This document shows positions 53,316 to 64,000 of a DNA stretch of 64,000 bases, piece after piece (the first letter of the stretch is position 1; each line of letters starts with the position of its first letter). Where the stretch lies: contig NMRA01000813.1 of the NCBI GenBank assembly GCA_002633005.1, positions 1 to 64,000 of the forward strand. The letters run 5' to 3'. A program made the translations under genes and the position numbers. The notes under the pieces were generated by a model. That model worked only from the letters and a program-made list of their open reading frames with translations, was not told where the DNA came from and did no database searches. Origin of the DNA: Phoronis australis (Eukaryota; Animalia; Phoronida).

Positions 53316-55044
53316 CAGGAACTCTGGAAGTGACCAATGCCAAACAACACTTCTGAACCATTTATTCTCAAACTGTGAATCTAAAATATATCAACGCAAT
53401 TGATTATTCGGCATATGAGGTCATGGGCCCAAAGTACAAAAGCTACAATCAAATTTGTTGCAATGTTTCTCCTTTGTGATTTTTTTTCTAACCACCACCA
53501 TCTTAGACCAGAAAATGCACTTAGATGCCGAGAGCTGCAGTCATCAACTCCCATACATTTTTGTTGTTTATGATCCCAACAGAGCAATACTAGTTGTTGG
53601 AGAACACACACAAAACAAGAGGCCTTTTATGGCTCTGCGAAAATTGCTGAGTGGGTCTAGACAGGAAACACAGGGCACAAAGCAGACCTGAAAGATCTGG
53701 ACACTTGGTCAACATTGACCACAATGGACAGTGGTAAGTGCAGGTCACAGTCAAGACTGGACAGAAAAAGTCAACACTAGACATGGACACAAGGACAGCG
53801 AGGGGGCTGTTTGTTCACGGAGGGCTTCAAAAGAACTCGACCCCAACTAGACGGTGTTGGTTGTGACACAGAAACAATTTGAAAGTAGCCAGGAGGGCAT
53901 ATTAGACAACTATCAAGTCATGGCGTTCTCAAGTTGTCAAAGTTTCCTTTTGATACGTTTAGATCAGTTACAAAAAGTTTGCCCCATGATACCTTATTCA
54001 CAGTTCACAAGTATTTTCCTGTGACAAAACTAAATGTTCTTTCCATTACTCTGCACTTAAACAGCTGTTCAACAAGTTAACAAATTTGATCCATGTCCTG
54101 AACAACCATGAACTCGGTTCTACGGAGAATTTAATCAAAAGAAACTCACGTGGCAGGGCCCTTAGAACTTTCAAAGAAATAGTGTGACAAATGGTGCGAC
54201 AAATGAATTTCCATTTAGCATACAATATGGCAGACATGTGCAATTTATTTTGCTAAACTTCTCAACAAAAACAAACGTTTTTCAAAATTGACTCCAGCTT
54301 TAGCATTAACATGAAATAAAATTATTATCCTGACTATGAAAATGGAAAATTTCCGATGACTTTGTCAATTGCTTTTGTTCCAAATTGAAGAGATTTCCGC
54401 AATCTTCCAATCTAAAGATGACGAGAGGGATTTTTAAACCAGCATGTTATCTGTTTCCACAAACAGTATAAGCTACAAAGCGCCTTGACACAAAATAAAA
54501 AGTCTAATTATTCCCAAGCAAATAAATGATGGAATATTACATATTTAATAACAGCTAATTGACTAAAATTAAAAGCTGAAACAATGCCAAATAAAGACAC
54601 AAAGCTTTGGAAATAGAAGCACACGAATAAGAATACCAGGAAGTATAGTTTCCTGGGTACATGACCATGTTTTCCAAACCGCCTCCAGAGGGCAGCTCTG
54701 TTAGTACACCAAGTTCTGATGGGAAGCATTAACATGCAAGTTGACAGCAGGCCATGTTTCAAAATAAAACTCAACACCAAAATAAACAGTCAGATGAGCA
54801 TGTGTAGTAATCAGACATAACGTGGAATGTAACAGATCTAATTTTACGAGAGAGTCTACAGAAGTACAACCACTAAACTTCACCATAACTGAAAACTTCC
54901 CAAGCAGACTGAAGACCAAAGGATGAAAGTCTATATGGCGCTTTGTCTGACAAACCACGTGAAACTCGACCATGATAAAATGGGTCCCACGCAGCCCAGC
55001 AACATCAACAGAATGACAAATTGTTGACAGTACTGTGTGTACTA

Positions 55045-55265
55045 TACAGTAATTCTCTACTTATTTCGCACAAAACTATTCACCAAAATGGCCACTTTTT
55101 CCACTCTTCAATGGCTGACTCCTTTTTGCAACCAATGGGAACTTTAACAAATGTTGTTTTATGACAACTACACACTGCGAATCATGCTTGTACTTTCGCG
55201 AAAATTTAACAAAAAGGAATTTCACTTGCTGGCCATATTGTATGCAAAATAGGTAAAAATTACCA
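55045..55265 (+). mobile_element. MITE family A copy with well-preserved ends
   Basis: TACAGTAATTCTCTACTTATTTCGCACAA ... TATGCAAAATAGGTAAAAATTACCA. Confidence 0.7.
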
Positions 55266-58200
55266 AAATGCTTTCCAATAACACTGGTGAAATCTATCCA
55301 ACGTGTCGTGCAAGTGAAATTTTATTTTCTCATTTTTTTCCGACAAACGATACATAGAACCAAATCAAAGTTTTCCACATACCACAGCTACAGTCGGACA
55401 ATATTTGAAAAAAATGCGGGCATTCACAACAATACTAGAAGCCCTGGAAAACGAAAACATGGCATTTATTTATGTTTGAAATCAGTGAGATTTGACTGTG
55501 GTGTTGTTTGCAATTGCTTTGTTCAATTCTGACAGGGCTCGGATCACTACATGGAGTCTAAGCAGTTTGACGATCATGTAGCTATGGTCTGATAAACTCA
55601 TGTAAAACAGTTTTCAAAAAAAGAACAAAATTTTGACAGTCAACGTCACCTACTGACTTCCATCAAATGTATGGTAGCAATTATGAAAGAACTCAGGAAA
55701 GTACCACTGGGTTCTTCCTGGGAAAAAAAACCACTATGGCTGAAATTGCATGACACGTTCTTGCTTCCTAACCCAGCTATCTTCTAATTGATGGAAATGA
55801 CAATAGTTACCTGCCAGTTTCACTTTCAAGCAATACCAGTCACTATTACATCGAAAAAATAAAAAAATAATCATTATTCACCAATCTGTCTAGAATAGCA
55901 GAAAAAGCTCAATATTTAAAACATGGTTCAAGATATCCAAAACACAGCTGGGAACTTTTTAAATATGGTGCACATCATAGAAAGACCGCAGCACCAGTGA
56001 CATATTTTTTTCAAGAGGAAAAATTTTGACAACAAGAGCTCAGAAACATTTGACGCAACAACTTTGAGCCCAAGACAAAAACTCAAAAAGCTGCAAAGTC
56101 TGAATTTTGATTTGAATGTCAGGTCTGGGGATAGGTTTTAGCTTTGGTATGGTTTCCCCGCCACTTCAAAAGTCTTCAGAGATGGTGCTATGTGTGTGCA
56201 TTTTGCATTCTACAATCAAACTAAAAAGTAAGTCAACAACATACCATTTGTAAGATCAACACGCCTTAGGTAACAATGTTATGAACTTTTTCGGTTCATC
56301 AAGCACCACATTAAAATCCAATCTTAAATAATCAAATTTCACACCCAGTTCAAAAACAGCCGCGTGCAAGATATTGACTCTTGCCTATCATTAGCTTACA
56401 AATCTCCGGCAAATATTTGACCAGTGTTTTATTTCTGTTAAGTAGAGACGAAGGATCCAAACAAATTCAGAAGTTCAAACCATTCGTTAAAATTAGCTAT
56501 CTTGAATTAATATCAGACAAATTTCCTTCCTGTTACCATGGGAACAGAATGGAAACAAAGCACCTGTAATGAAAATAAAAGACTACTGCTTTAAATTAAC
56601 TGAAAAGTAAATTGTGTAATGCCATACAAGCAAATTAATGACATGTCAATAAACAGAACATGACAGATAATTTACCAAGATATGTGGCACTTCAAGTGCT
56701 AGGCACATGATAGTTGATAATCACTTCATCATCAACGGTACAGGCACTTTTAGCATCCCAGGTCACTACGTTGTCGAGAATAGACTTAGGCTGTTCTCAT
56801 CCGGGTATAACATCCACCAGTGAAATTTTTAGGGTTGCACTTTTGCATAAACATTGCTCCGCTAACGCCCATCCCCCCTCCCGATATGTACAACAGAGAC
56901 TCTCTTGAAAGTGCTTGTGTTTTTGTGATCACCCATCCCTGGCAAACTTTAACTCCCAAATCTCAACCTGTGCCTATTAGTACAACTTAGTGCAGATAAG
57001 TTTGAAACCAGAGTGAACCATGCTTTGAGAGCATGCATGCTTTGTTATCCTACTGGTGATCACTGAGAGGTTACCCTATGGCCCAGCCATCAAGAAAGAT
57101 ACAGTTAGGCAGAAAACATGCGTTTTGACATACTACTGTTACAGTGGCAATAGTCTAGGAAAGGCATTTGTTGACAACAGCTCGATTTTGCCAAAAAAGA
57201 GTCCATCTACAGTTTCAGATGTTCTTTTTAAAACACCTCAAAATGAAATCTGAATCCCGTCAAAGTGCACATGGCATTCAAAACATGCGTGATTAATTTA
57301 AGGATATTAAAAAAAGAAAATGCAACTGCCACTGTCATGGACAGCGAATTTATGGTAAACAGGGTTATTGCATGAAAACTTTATTCACTTATGAAAAATT
57401 GTACTTTACACCGTATCAACGAGTGCCTTAACTGTTTTTGTCTAGTCCAGAAATAAAATGAACTACCGTAATTTCGCTGTGAATCCCATATCTACAAAAT
57501 GTAACATTTTGACAAGCAAACTGTGCTGGACTTGGTCACTTAATTGAATGCAGAACATGAAAAAGTACGACTTTATAATGGAGATTAAAATGTCAATTAA
57601 ATTGACAACATCCATACAATCAGACAACACTGAATAACTCCAGTCTTGATCCTGTCAGGATAATATTAATGAATTCTACTCAACGACATATTTTCTGGTA
57701 CATAAACCAACCTTTCCTCGTCTTCATCATCAGAAAGTAATGAAAATAGTTTTTATTGCACGGTAAGATTTACGCTTAATTACACGTCCCAGTAATTTTA
57801 AGAGTGTCTCGAAGCTCCATTTTCAATAAGAAAAAAGAGTTGAGGCTACAAAAAATACAAGCAGTGAAAACAAATTATGCACAAATTAAGTGTGACATAT
57901 ACATTTGGAAAGAAGGATGGAGCGCAGCAACCCCTGGGGTACATGGAAAATGGTGTCAGAGCATGTCATTTTATCTCAGAACATTCTTGTTCAACGCTGC
58001 CAGCCTCTATAGTACATGTTGAATTATTCCAGTACTACCATAGACCACAAATGAGCACCAAGCCACTATCAGTCAAATCACCATTAAAACAATTAATTCG
58101 AATCGCCCAAGCATGGCGCTAATAAAACTCATAACTTGCGCTAATTTTTTAGTAGACACTGAGACGACCAGACAGACAGAAGTGTGTCTCTTGATTAAAT

Positions 58201-59519
58201 GAGAACAGAGCCTCAAGACTTCGACATATGATACGAACGAGGCTGTAAAAGGCGAGATTTTTTATCGCAAGATAATCATACTAGATTACAGTGACCACAC
58301 GGAATTCAATGATTTTACCACGTCAAGCACTTTAACATGGATATCAATTGGCAGGATGTCCACAAGCTTTTCTGACCACCCCTTAGACCATTTACCGGAG
58401 GTTTACCACACTCATTTGGGTTGAGGTCCATAATCAGTTTAATGTCCAGAGGCAAAACTTCAAAATTTTAGCTTTTAAATGTCCATGGTGAGTTTAACAT
58501 CAAAAAAACGCAATTTATACCAATGAGTCTAGCTGAAAGCACCAGTGTCTTTGTGAACGAAAGTCTATCATGAATTTTAGCTCCCAAAACATGAAACTCG
58601 CTAAACTTTGAGAAGTGAACCATCCTGCTGCCTGTAATCAAATACGGTAAAATTTCGCTAATTTAAGACACGATATAAAAGACAAGTAAATTTCAGTTTT
58701 AGTTTTCTTTTCATAAAAGACAAGTAGCAAAATTAAAACGCTTATCCAGTCTGAACTTGTATGTCAGGACCATTGAGACGTTTTGAAAAAATGTGGGCAA
58801 TCGCAGTAATGTAAGAGGCCTTTGGAAAATGAAAAACGAAAAGTTTGGAAATCATATTTCATTGAAAATTTTCTTGTTTTATTTGACTCTTGCACAAAAG
58901 TCCACGCTTTTAGCTGAACTGAACGATAGCATTATTGACTGACTTCTTAAAAATATTGTTTTTAAACATTCATTCTTGGCTTAACGCCAACACCTAATTT
59001 TTATTTTCCCAATTGAAGTGGCATAACCATTTACCTGGATAAGCGCAGACGAAGGAGTTCAAAGATTGCAGCCTTCACCTATCTACGACGTCATACGACT
59101 TCCAGAGAACAGAACGGTGAGAAACCTGAATGTCCCACCGTCAAACGTTGACAAAGGACTATAGAGAGTAGTCCGTAACGTAAGAAGTCACAACATTTTG
59201 TCTGAGTAAATTGATTCTACTTATACCAAGCACAGTATTACTATAGGACACATTCTTTGACTTCTGGCAATGAGTTATTGCCAATGTCAAATAGAAAAAT
59301 ACCCGAGTACATTTGAGAAGTGGGTAAAGGACAATGGACCCTTCAAGCCTCAAATGTATGGGTCAAATTCAAGAACAATGGGGCCAGCAACCTGCATTTT
59401 CAAAAAGTTGAGGTTCCCATTTCTTTTATTGCTCCAAAGATTCTTCAACCAAAAGCAAAAGACACTCAAAAGTTTTTACTAGGAAGCAAAAATCATATCA
59501 GTTTTTGGCCACAATAAGA

Positions 59520-59726
59520 TTAAAAACCGGACGATCGCCGCACAAATAAAAAAGTTCATGTTCAATTCAACGTTTCGTCTTTTCATTACACATCATCAGG
59601 ATCATATTTACAACAATTTAGGACAAGTAACATCCACAGAGTGAAGTGAGAGATGTGTAATGAAAAGACGAAGCGTTGAATTGAACATGAACTTTTTTAT
59701 TTGTGCGGTGATCATCCGGTTTTTAA
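59520..59726. repeat. Near-perfect ~75-bp inverted repeat, Penelope-like terminal sequence
   Basis: 59520-59594 is the reverse complement of ~59652-59726 with three mismatches; the minus strand reads CCTGATGATG...CGAAACGTTG. Confidence 0.85.
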
Positions 59727-59779
59727 GCAAAAATTGCACCTAATGTATCCTACCTCTTAGATCAATGGGAACTCGAAAT

Positions 59780-59795
59780 CCACTAGGTGGCACTA
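59780..59795 (+). promoter_or_regulatory. CTCF-like motif
   Basis: CCACTAGGTGGCACTA closely matches the CTCF core. Confidence 0.45.
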
Positions 59796-62145
59796 GTGTA
59801 TCAAGGGTCCTACCCAAGGAAATGCATGTCTTCAGTGAGTCATGTGGGACCCTTAGCCCACAAACACCCCATGTTGATGACCTGCTTTCTTTACTCAAAA
59901 AGTCTTCCCTTTGTAACCACCACTTAGTGAGCATGGGTGAAAGTAGATATTATCAAGTGTGTAAATTTAGTGCGAAAACCACAAGCTGTACCCAATGAAC
60001 TGCTATCTAATTTGCATATTAACCTCTATTATCAACTTTTACCATTTTCTTAGCTACTTGTCTCGGCAGCTTGAAATAAAAAACAAGCCTCAAAACCATC
60101 ACTTTGATATGGGAGATTTATGTCTAGGAAGGTGTAATGTCGAGTTTCATGTTTTGAACAAAATAATAGACCTATCAATGTCTGTATGGCAAGGGTGATC
60201 CCTTTGTGTTCATACCCATTCACCTCACAAAAAAAAACTTCCTGGAAATTACTAGCGAGATATCACCTCACTGACAGCCTATTCATAACAAACCCAATAG
60301 CTTACAAAACAAATAGCAGAGTTTACTTTAAGAGAAATCTCATCCAGGCAAACTGTCTACATTCACATTAAAATCTGAGATAATGGGGACAGTGAACCAC
60401 TAAGCTCCCTGTAAAACAACCAATCACTCTGTAAGTATGTGTAAAACTTCCAATCGAGTTTGCTGTCATTATCAATTTCCTAAACGCTACTTCATTACCG
60501 TCCAGTGACGAAATTGTTTTTTACTCGACTGCACTTTTCTCAACTGGTGCCCAGAAAGTCATTTCGAGAAACAAAATCTCACTCCGCCTACCCAAGAAAC
60601 CACACACATACACTCAGCCACCATAGGTACAACGGTAGTTCTAGGAAATATTTTAATATAAAATCACATGGAATCAATGGGACAGGTACTTAAGACATAA
60701 TGCAAAATCGTGTTTATTCTCCAGTAGAAAAACACAGTAGCAGAACTGAAGAATAGCTTGTCCATGTCAGTTGTCAGGTTAATTCCATCAACAAATACCG
60801 CCACAGATTAAGTGCCTTCAAGTGTGATTGAAAATTTTATCCTCCGGTCACAAGCGGACTTGTTGTCCAAATTGGTCCAAGCAGATGCATTATTTATCTA
60901 GTCAATTTCATTAGCTAGAGCACACAAAGCATGCTGGGTAAACGATTTAGCAGCTTCTTGTGTTACAGCTAAGAGTGCAATGGCATTTGGACCTGAGTAA
61001 TTAGCAAGGAATTAGAGAAATTCATCAGTTATGAGATATTACAGCTGAGGCGAGTAAATATACTAAATAGAGTGTATTCTGTCCCGCTTCTCAATGGGAA
61101 ATAGTATTGGTATCAATAAGGGGTTCCAAAATTTTGATAAAAATTCAACAATTCAAAATTAGAACATTTCAAAGCCATTAATTTCCGTAAAAGCAAATTT
61201 CCCTTACAAATCGTGACGAGCAAACTGGCCAACATTTTCCTTTCCTCGTGAAAAACTTTAGTACGATCATGCCTCATTTACACGAACTATTGTAGGTCTA
61301 CTGTTATGAACAGCGTTTTTCCTCATATCAGACAAAAAGATGCACCGTCTATGGAAAAGCCGCTTCTGTTTTAACAAACCTGAACTGCGAAGGGCAGTTT
61401 CTCACAACTAGTTAGCTTTCACAAACAAAACTTATCAAGCTATCCCCCCCTTCCTAGAAAGATATAAAATATTTATTTTCTTTAACAGTTATGGTGGGCG
61501 TATACTCCAAAACAAGGCATACATTAAATTTCTTACTGTAGACTAGAGTTCAACCTACTGCTTAGAGATGCGGAAATTCTTAAATGCAAAAACAAAATTC
61601 ATATCGCAGTAGAGACAAGTGTACCTCTGAACTATGTTCTCTTCTCAGACAAGAGTCGCTTAGAGACTATTAACACAGAATCAAAATTCTTCAAAAAAAA
61701 CATTTGCCAGGTCGAATAACATCAATTTCATGGTGAACCGTTTGTCAGGACACAGGAACTCCGATAAGGCCATTCTTAATGGTGGTTTAAAAGCATTGAT
61801 GACCTGTCTCTCAGTTTAATTAAAAAGAGTCAGGTTTTTCTGAGTCAGTAAATTGTAAGGAGAGGAATGTGGGAAAAAATGTCCATCTGCTATCAAAGCA
61901 GCTGCGATAGAAATGGACACTGGGCGTATAAGCACTGGATTTAAATCGATCCGACTTCTCGCGCAACTGAAGATATAGTCGTGCAACGTATCCACCCGAG
62001 ACAATACCCTAGAGGGAAACACCCAACTCAAGAAGAAATAATAGTTAAACCCACGAAAGGTGACGTCTGAGCGGCAAAAACCCACCCGAGACGACGCAGA
62101 AGACAGAAAAAAATGCATGAAATATGTGGAGAGTAAAACACGCAC

Positions 62146-62284
62146 CTGAGCAAAAGTGCCATCCCAGAATGATCTCCGAGATGAAACAATACACAAGCAC
62201 CAATGAGAGCACAAGACCTCCTTTTTGGAAAAAAGACGCATAAACTGCACTGGTTGATACCACGCCAACTTGACCATCGACCAT
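62146..62284 (-). CDS. ROR: ROR putative distal first coding exon (signal peptide A)
   Basis: AAAATGG start context; MVDGQVGVVSTSAVYASFFQKGGLVLSLVLVYCFISEIILGWHFCS+G has a hydrophobic core and a C-S-G cleavage-like end. It ends at CAG|GTGCGT in phase 1, matching the 18-nt microexon and the Ig exon. CpG-rich sequence follows the donor. Confidence 0.65.
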
Positions 62285-62382
62285 TTTAAGAGGTGAGATT
62301 CAAGATGTGACTTAGGTCCACAAATATCAATTCATTTGATTATAAATTATTGTACCCCGCTATGTGACATGTCGGCAGGGGC

Positions 62383-62396
62383 GTTACTATAGCAAC
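62383..62396. promoter_or_regulatory. RFX X-box ~100 bp upstream of the distal ROR ATG
   Basis: GTTACTATAGCAAC fits GTYNCY-AT-RGNAAC; a second box ATTGCTATGGAAAC lies at 62517-62530. Confidence 0.5.
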
Positions 62397-63799
62397 TGAG
62401 CAAAAACATTTGAGACATTAGTAATCTCCCACTGGTGTTCTTTCACTCTCATCCCCTTGCATGATATTACACAGAGTTCAAAGAACACACTAAAAGTGCG
62501 ATGACAACAAATTTGCATTGCTATGGAAACTTGCTATTTTGATAACAGTTAAAGCTGTACTTCCCCTTCTTCAGCTGGGTAAAACATGCAAATCGAATTA
62601 CGCCATTGAATCTCGTAAAATCTTCTCATATTTCTTGCCGTGATGGGATTCTATTTTTCCGACAAGAACATTGGTAACGGAAATAGAATCCCATCAGTAT
62701 AAAAAACATTATGAAACCTTTTTTATTAGCATAAAAGACATTGGATTTTCACTGTTTTGCCACCTAAACAAGGCGACGTGTACCTTTACCAAAATGTCTA
62801 ATGAATTTGTATGGCATATCAATTATGGAAATTATTTCCCCTGTCCACTTTCTCTCCAGAGATGCAGCGAGCACAACAGGATTTGAAACCCGAGTCTTCT
62901 AACCACATTTCTGTTAGTTGGTCAAGAGTTCTGAGGACAGACTGAAATAACACACACTTGACCAAGCAATGGAATTCCCTGAACACCAACCTGTGTCACA
63001 TCCAATAGCTGCATAAGTCATTCTGCCTTAAGTTAAGTGAAGTGTTTTTGCCGAAACTGCAACAGGGTAAGAACTGACACCATACTGACACCATGCAACA
63101 TGAACGGTGTCTGCAGCCATTTTGACGGCATACTCAGTGGCGAAAGGGTTCCATCAAAACACTTACAACGTGGGCATTGTCACAAAGCATGTCTCCTAAT
63201 ACTCATTTTGCAATATGGCCATGACACAATGAAATGCTTTCTATGGCAATGGCCAGTGCTTACTGAACAATGTTCTGAAGCGCCATCTACGGCCCACTAC
63301 TGTAATTTCTACAAAGATTCAAGGCATTGGGATTTCACAGCATTTTTTATATTCTTTGTGATCACCATGCAGTCGAAATACCCTTAACAATGCTGAGAGA
63401 TATTTGAACAATACAACCAAAAAGTCTCACAAAATATCCACAAAGGAGAAGAAACTGCACTTTTCTTTGACAACTCAGAGCATTTTGGTCACCAGAACTT
63501 TAAACTGGGTCAAACTCAAGTGCCTGGCATGTCTTACAATACCAAAGAGCAGATTTGCAAAAGAAATAGAGCTGTTTACTTAGGCTTGGACAGGAGCTAA
63601 ATTATCATTCAATGGAAAGTTGACATCATGAAACAAATTATCTGCTGCAACTAGCACTGGTGCAAAACAAATGACAAATTCATAGAAGTGGAAGGTGGCA
63701 TAAGTAACATATTACCATTGTGTATATAAATAGATTTAATTTGTTGTTGTCATCTGACCTCCCCCCCCCCCNCCCCCAAGTAGTGCACCAAAGGCCTGT

Positions 63800-64000
63800 C
63801 AAGGTTATTTAGGACCCTAGAAAAATGTCCAAATTTGGCTAACTTCGGAACAATTGCTAACTCAAGAATGGCTTGATTGGATTTGTATGAAACTTTTAGA
63901 TACTATGCCTTGTGCAGTGTTTCCGAAACGCTAGGAATTGTCTTTAAAACGTTCCACTTTTGCATGGGGAGTTATCAAAAATAGGGCATATATGATTTTA
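63800..64000 (+). repeat. Dispersed repeat family B copy, running off the window end
   Basis: Aligns by eye with 31365-31530 and 32835-32960. Confidence 0.6.

Larger units (their letters stand above)
6882..62284 (-). other. ROR: ROR receptor tyrosine kinase gene span (11 coding exons in the long model; intron 1 ~33 kb, intron 2 ~13 kb)
   Basis: Ig + Frizzled-like CRD + single kringle + TM + tyrosine kinase is the ROR architecture. All exons join in frame with GT-AG boundaries. Long CDS 2616 nt (871 aa); short CDS from 29152 is 2562 nt (853 aa). Confidence 0.9.

Noticed and set aside
57705-57735. Second hammerhead-like core (CTGATGA...GAAA) on the minus strand
   Set aside because: No supporting stems I-III.
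61816-62277. 153-aa minus-strand ORF
   Set aside because: No recognisable domain; it overlaps the better-supported ROR exon in another frame.

Overview
AT-rich metazoan genomic DNA, probably an invertebrate deuterostome (inference from the ROR kinase motifs and repeat content). Almost the whole window is one minus-strand gene, a ROR receptor tyrosine kinase (Ig - Frizzled-type CRD - kringle - TM - kinase - Ser/Pro-rich tail). I assembled it by hand from GT-AG exons whose phases all match. There are two candidate N-termini. One is a distal signal-peptide exon (62284-62146) spliced across a ~33-kb intron to an 18-nt microexon (29067-29050), giving 871 aa. The other is a proximal signal-peptide exon (29152-29050) that contains that microexon and its splice acceptor, giving 853 aa. 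The kinase has the vertebrate-type HKD and DLG substitutions but keeps an intact GxGxxG loop. The rest is intronic or intergenic and rich in non-autonomous elements: a TA-flanked TIR element with an internal palindrome array, a Kolobok remnant with a KolX fragment, a Helentron-type element carrying seven co-oriented CTCF-like motifs, about 15 copies of one old MITE, and a Penelope-like inverted repeat with a hammerhead-like core. Several RFX X-boxes are also present. I see no prokaryotic-type system or CRISPR. All calls are from manual reading; no searches were run.
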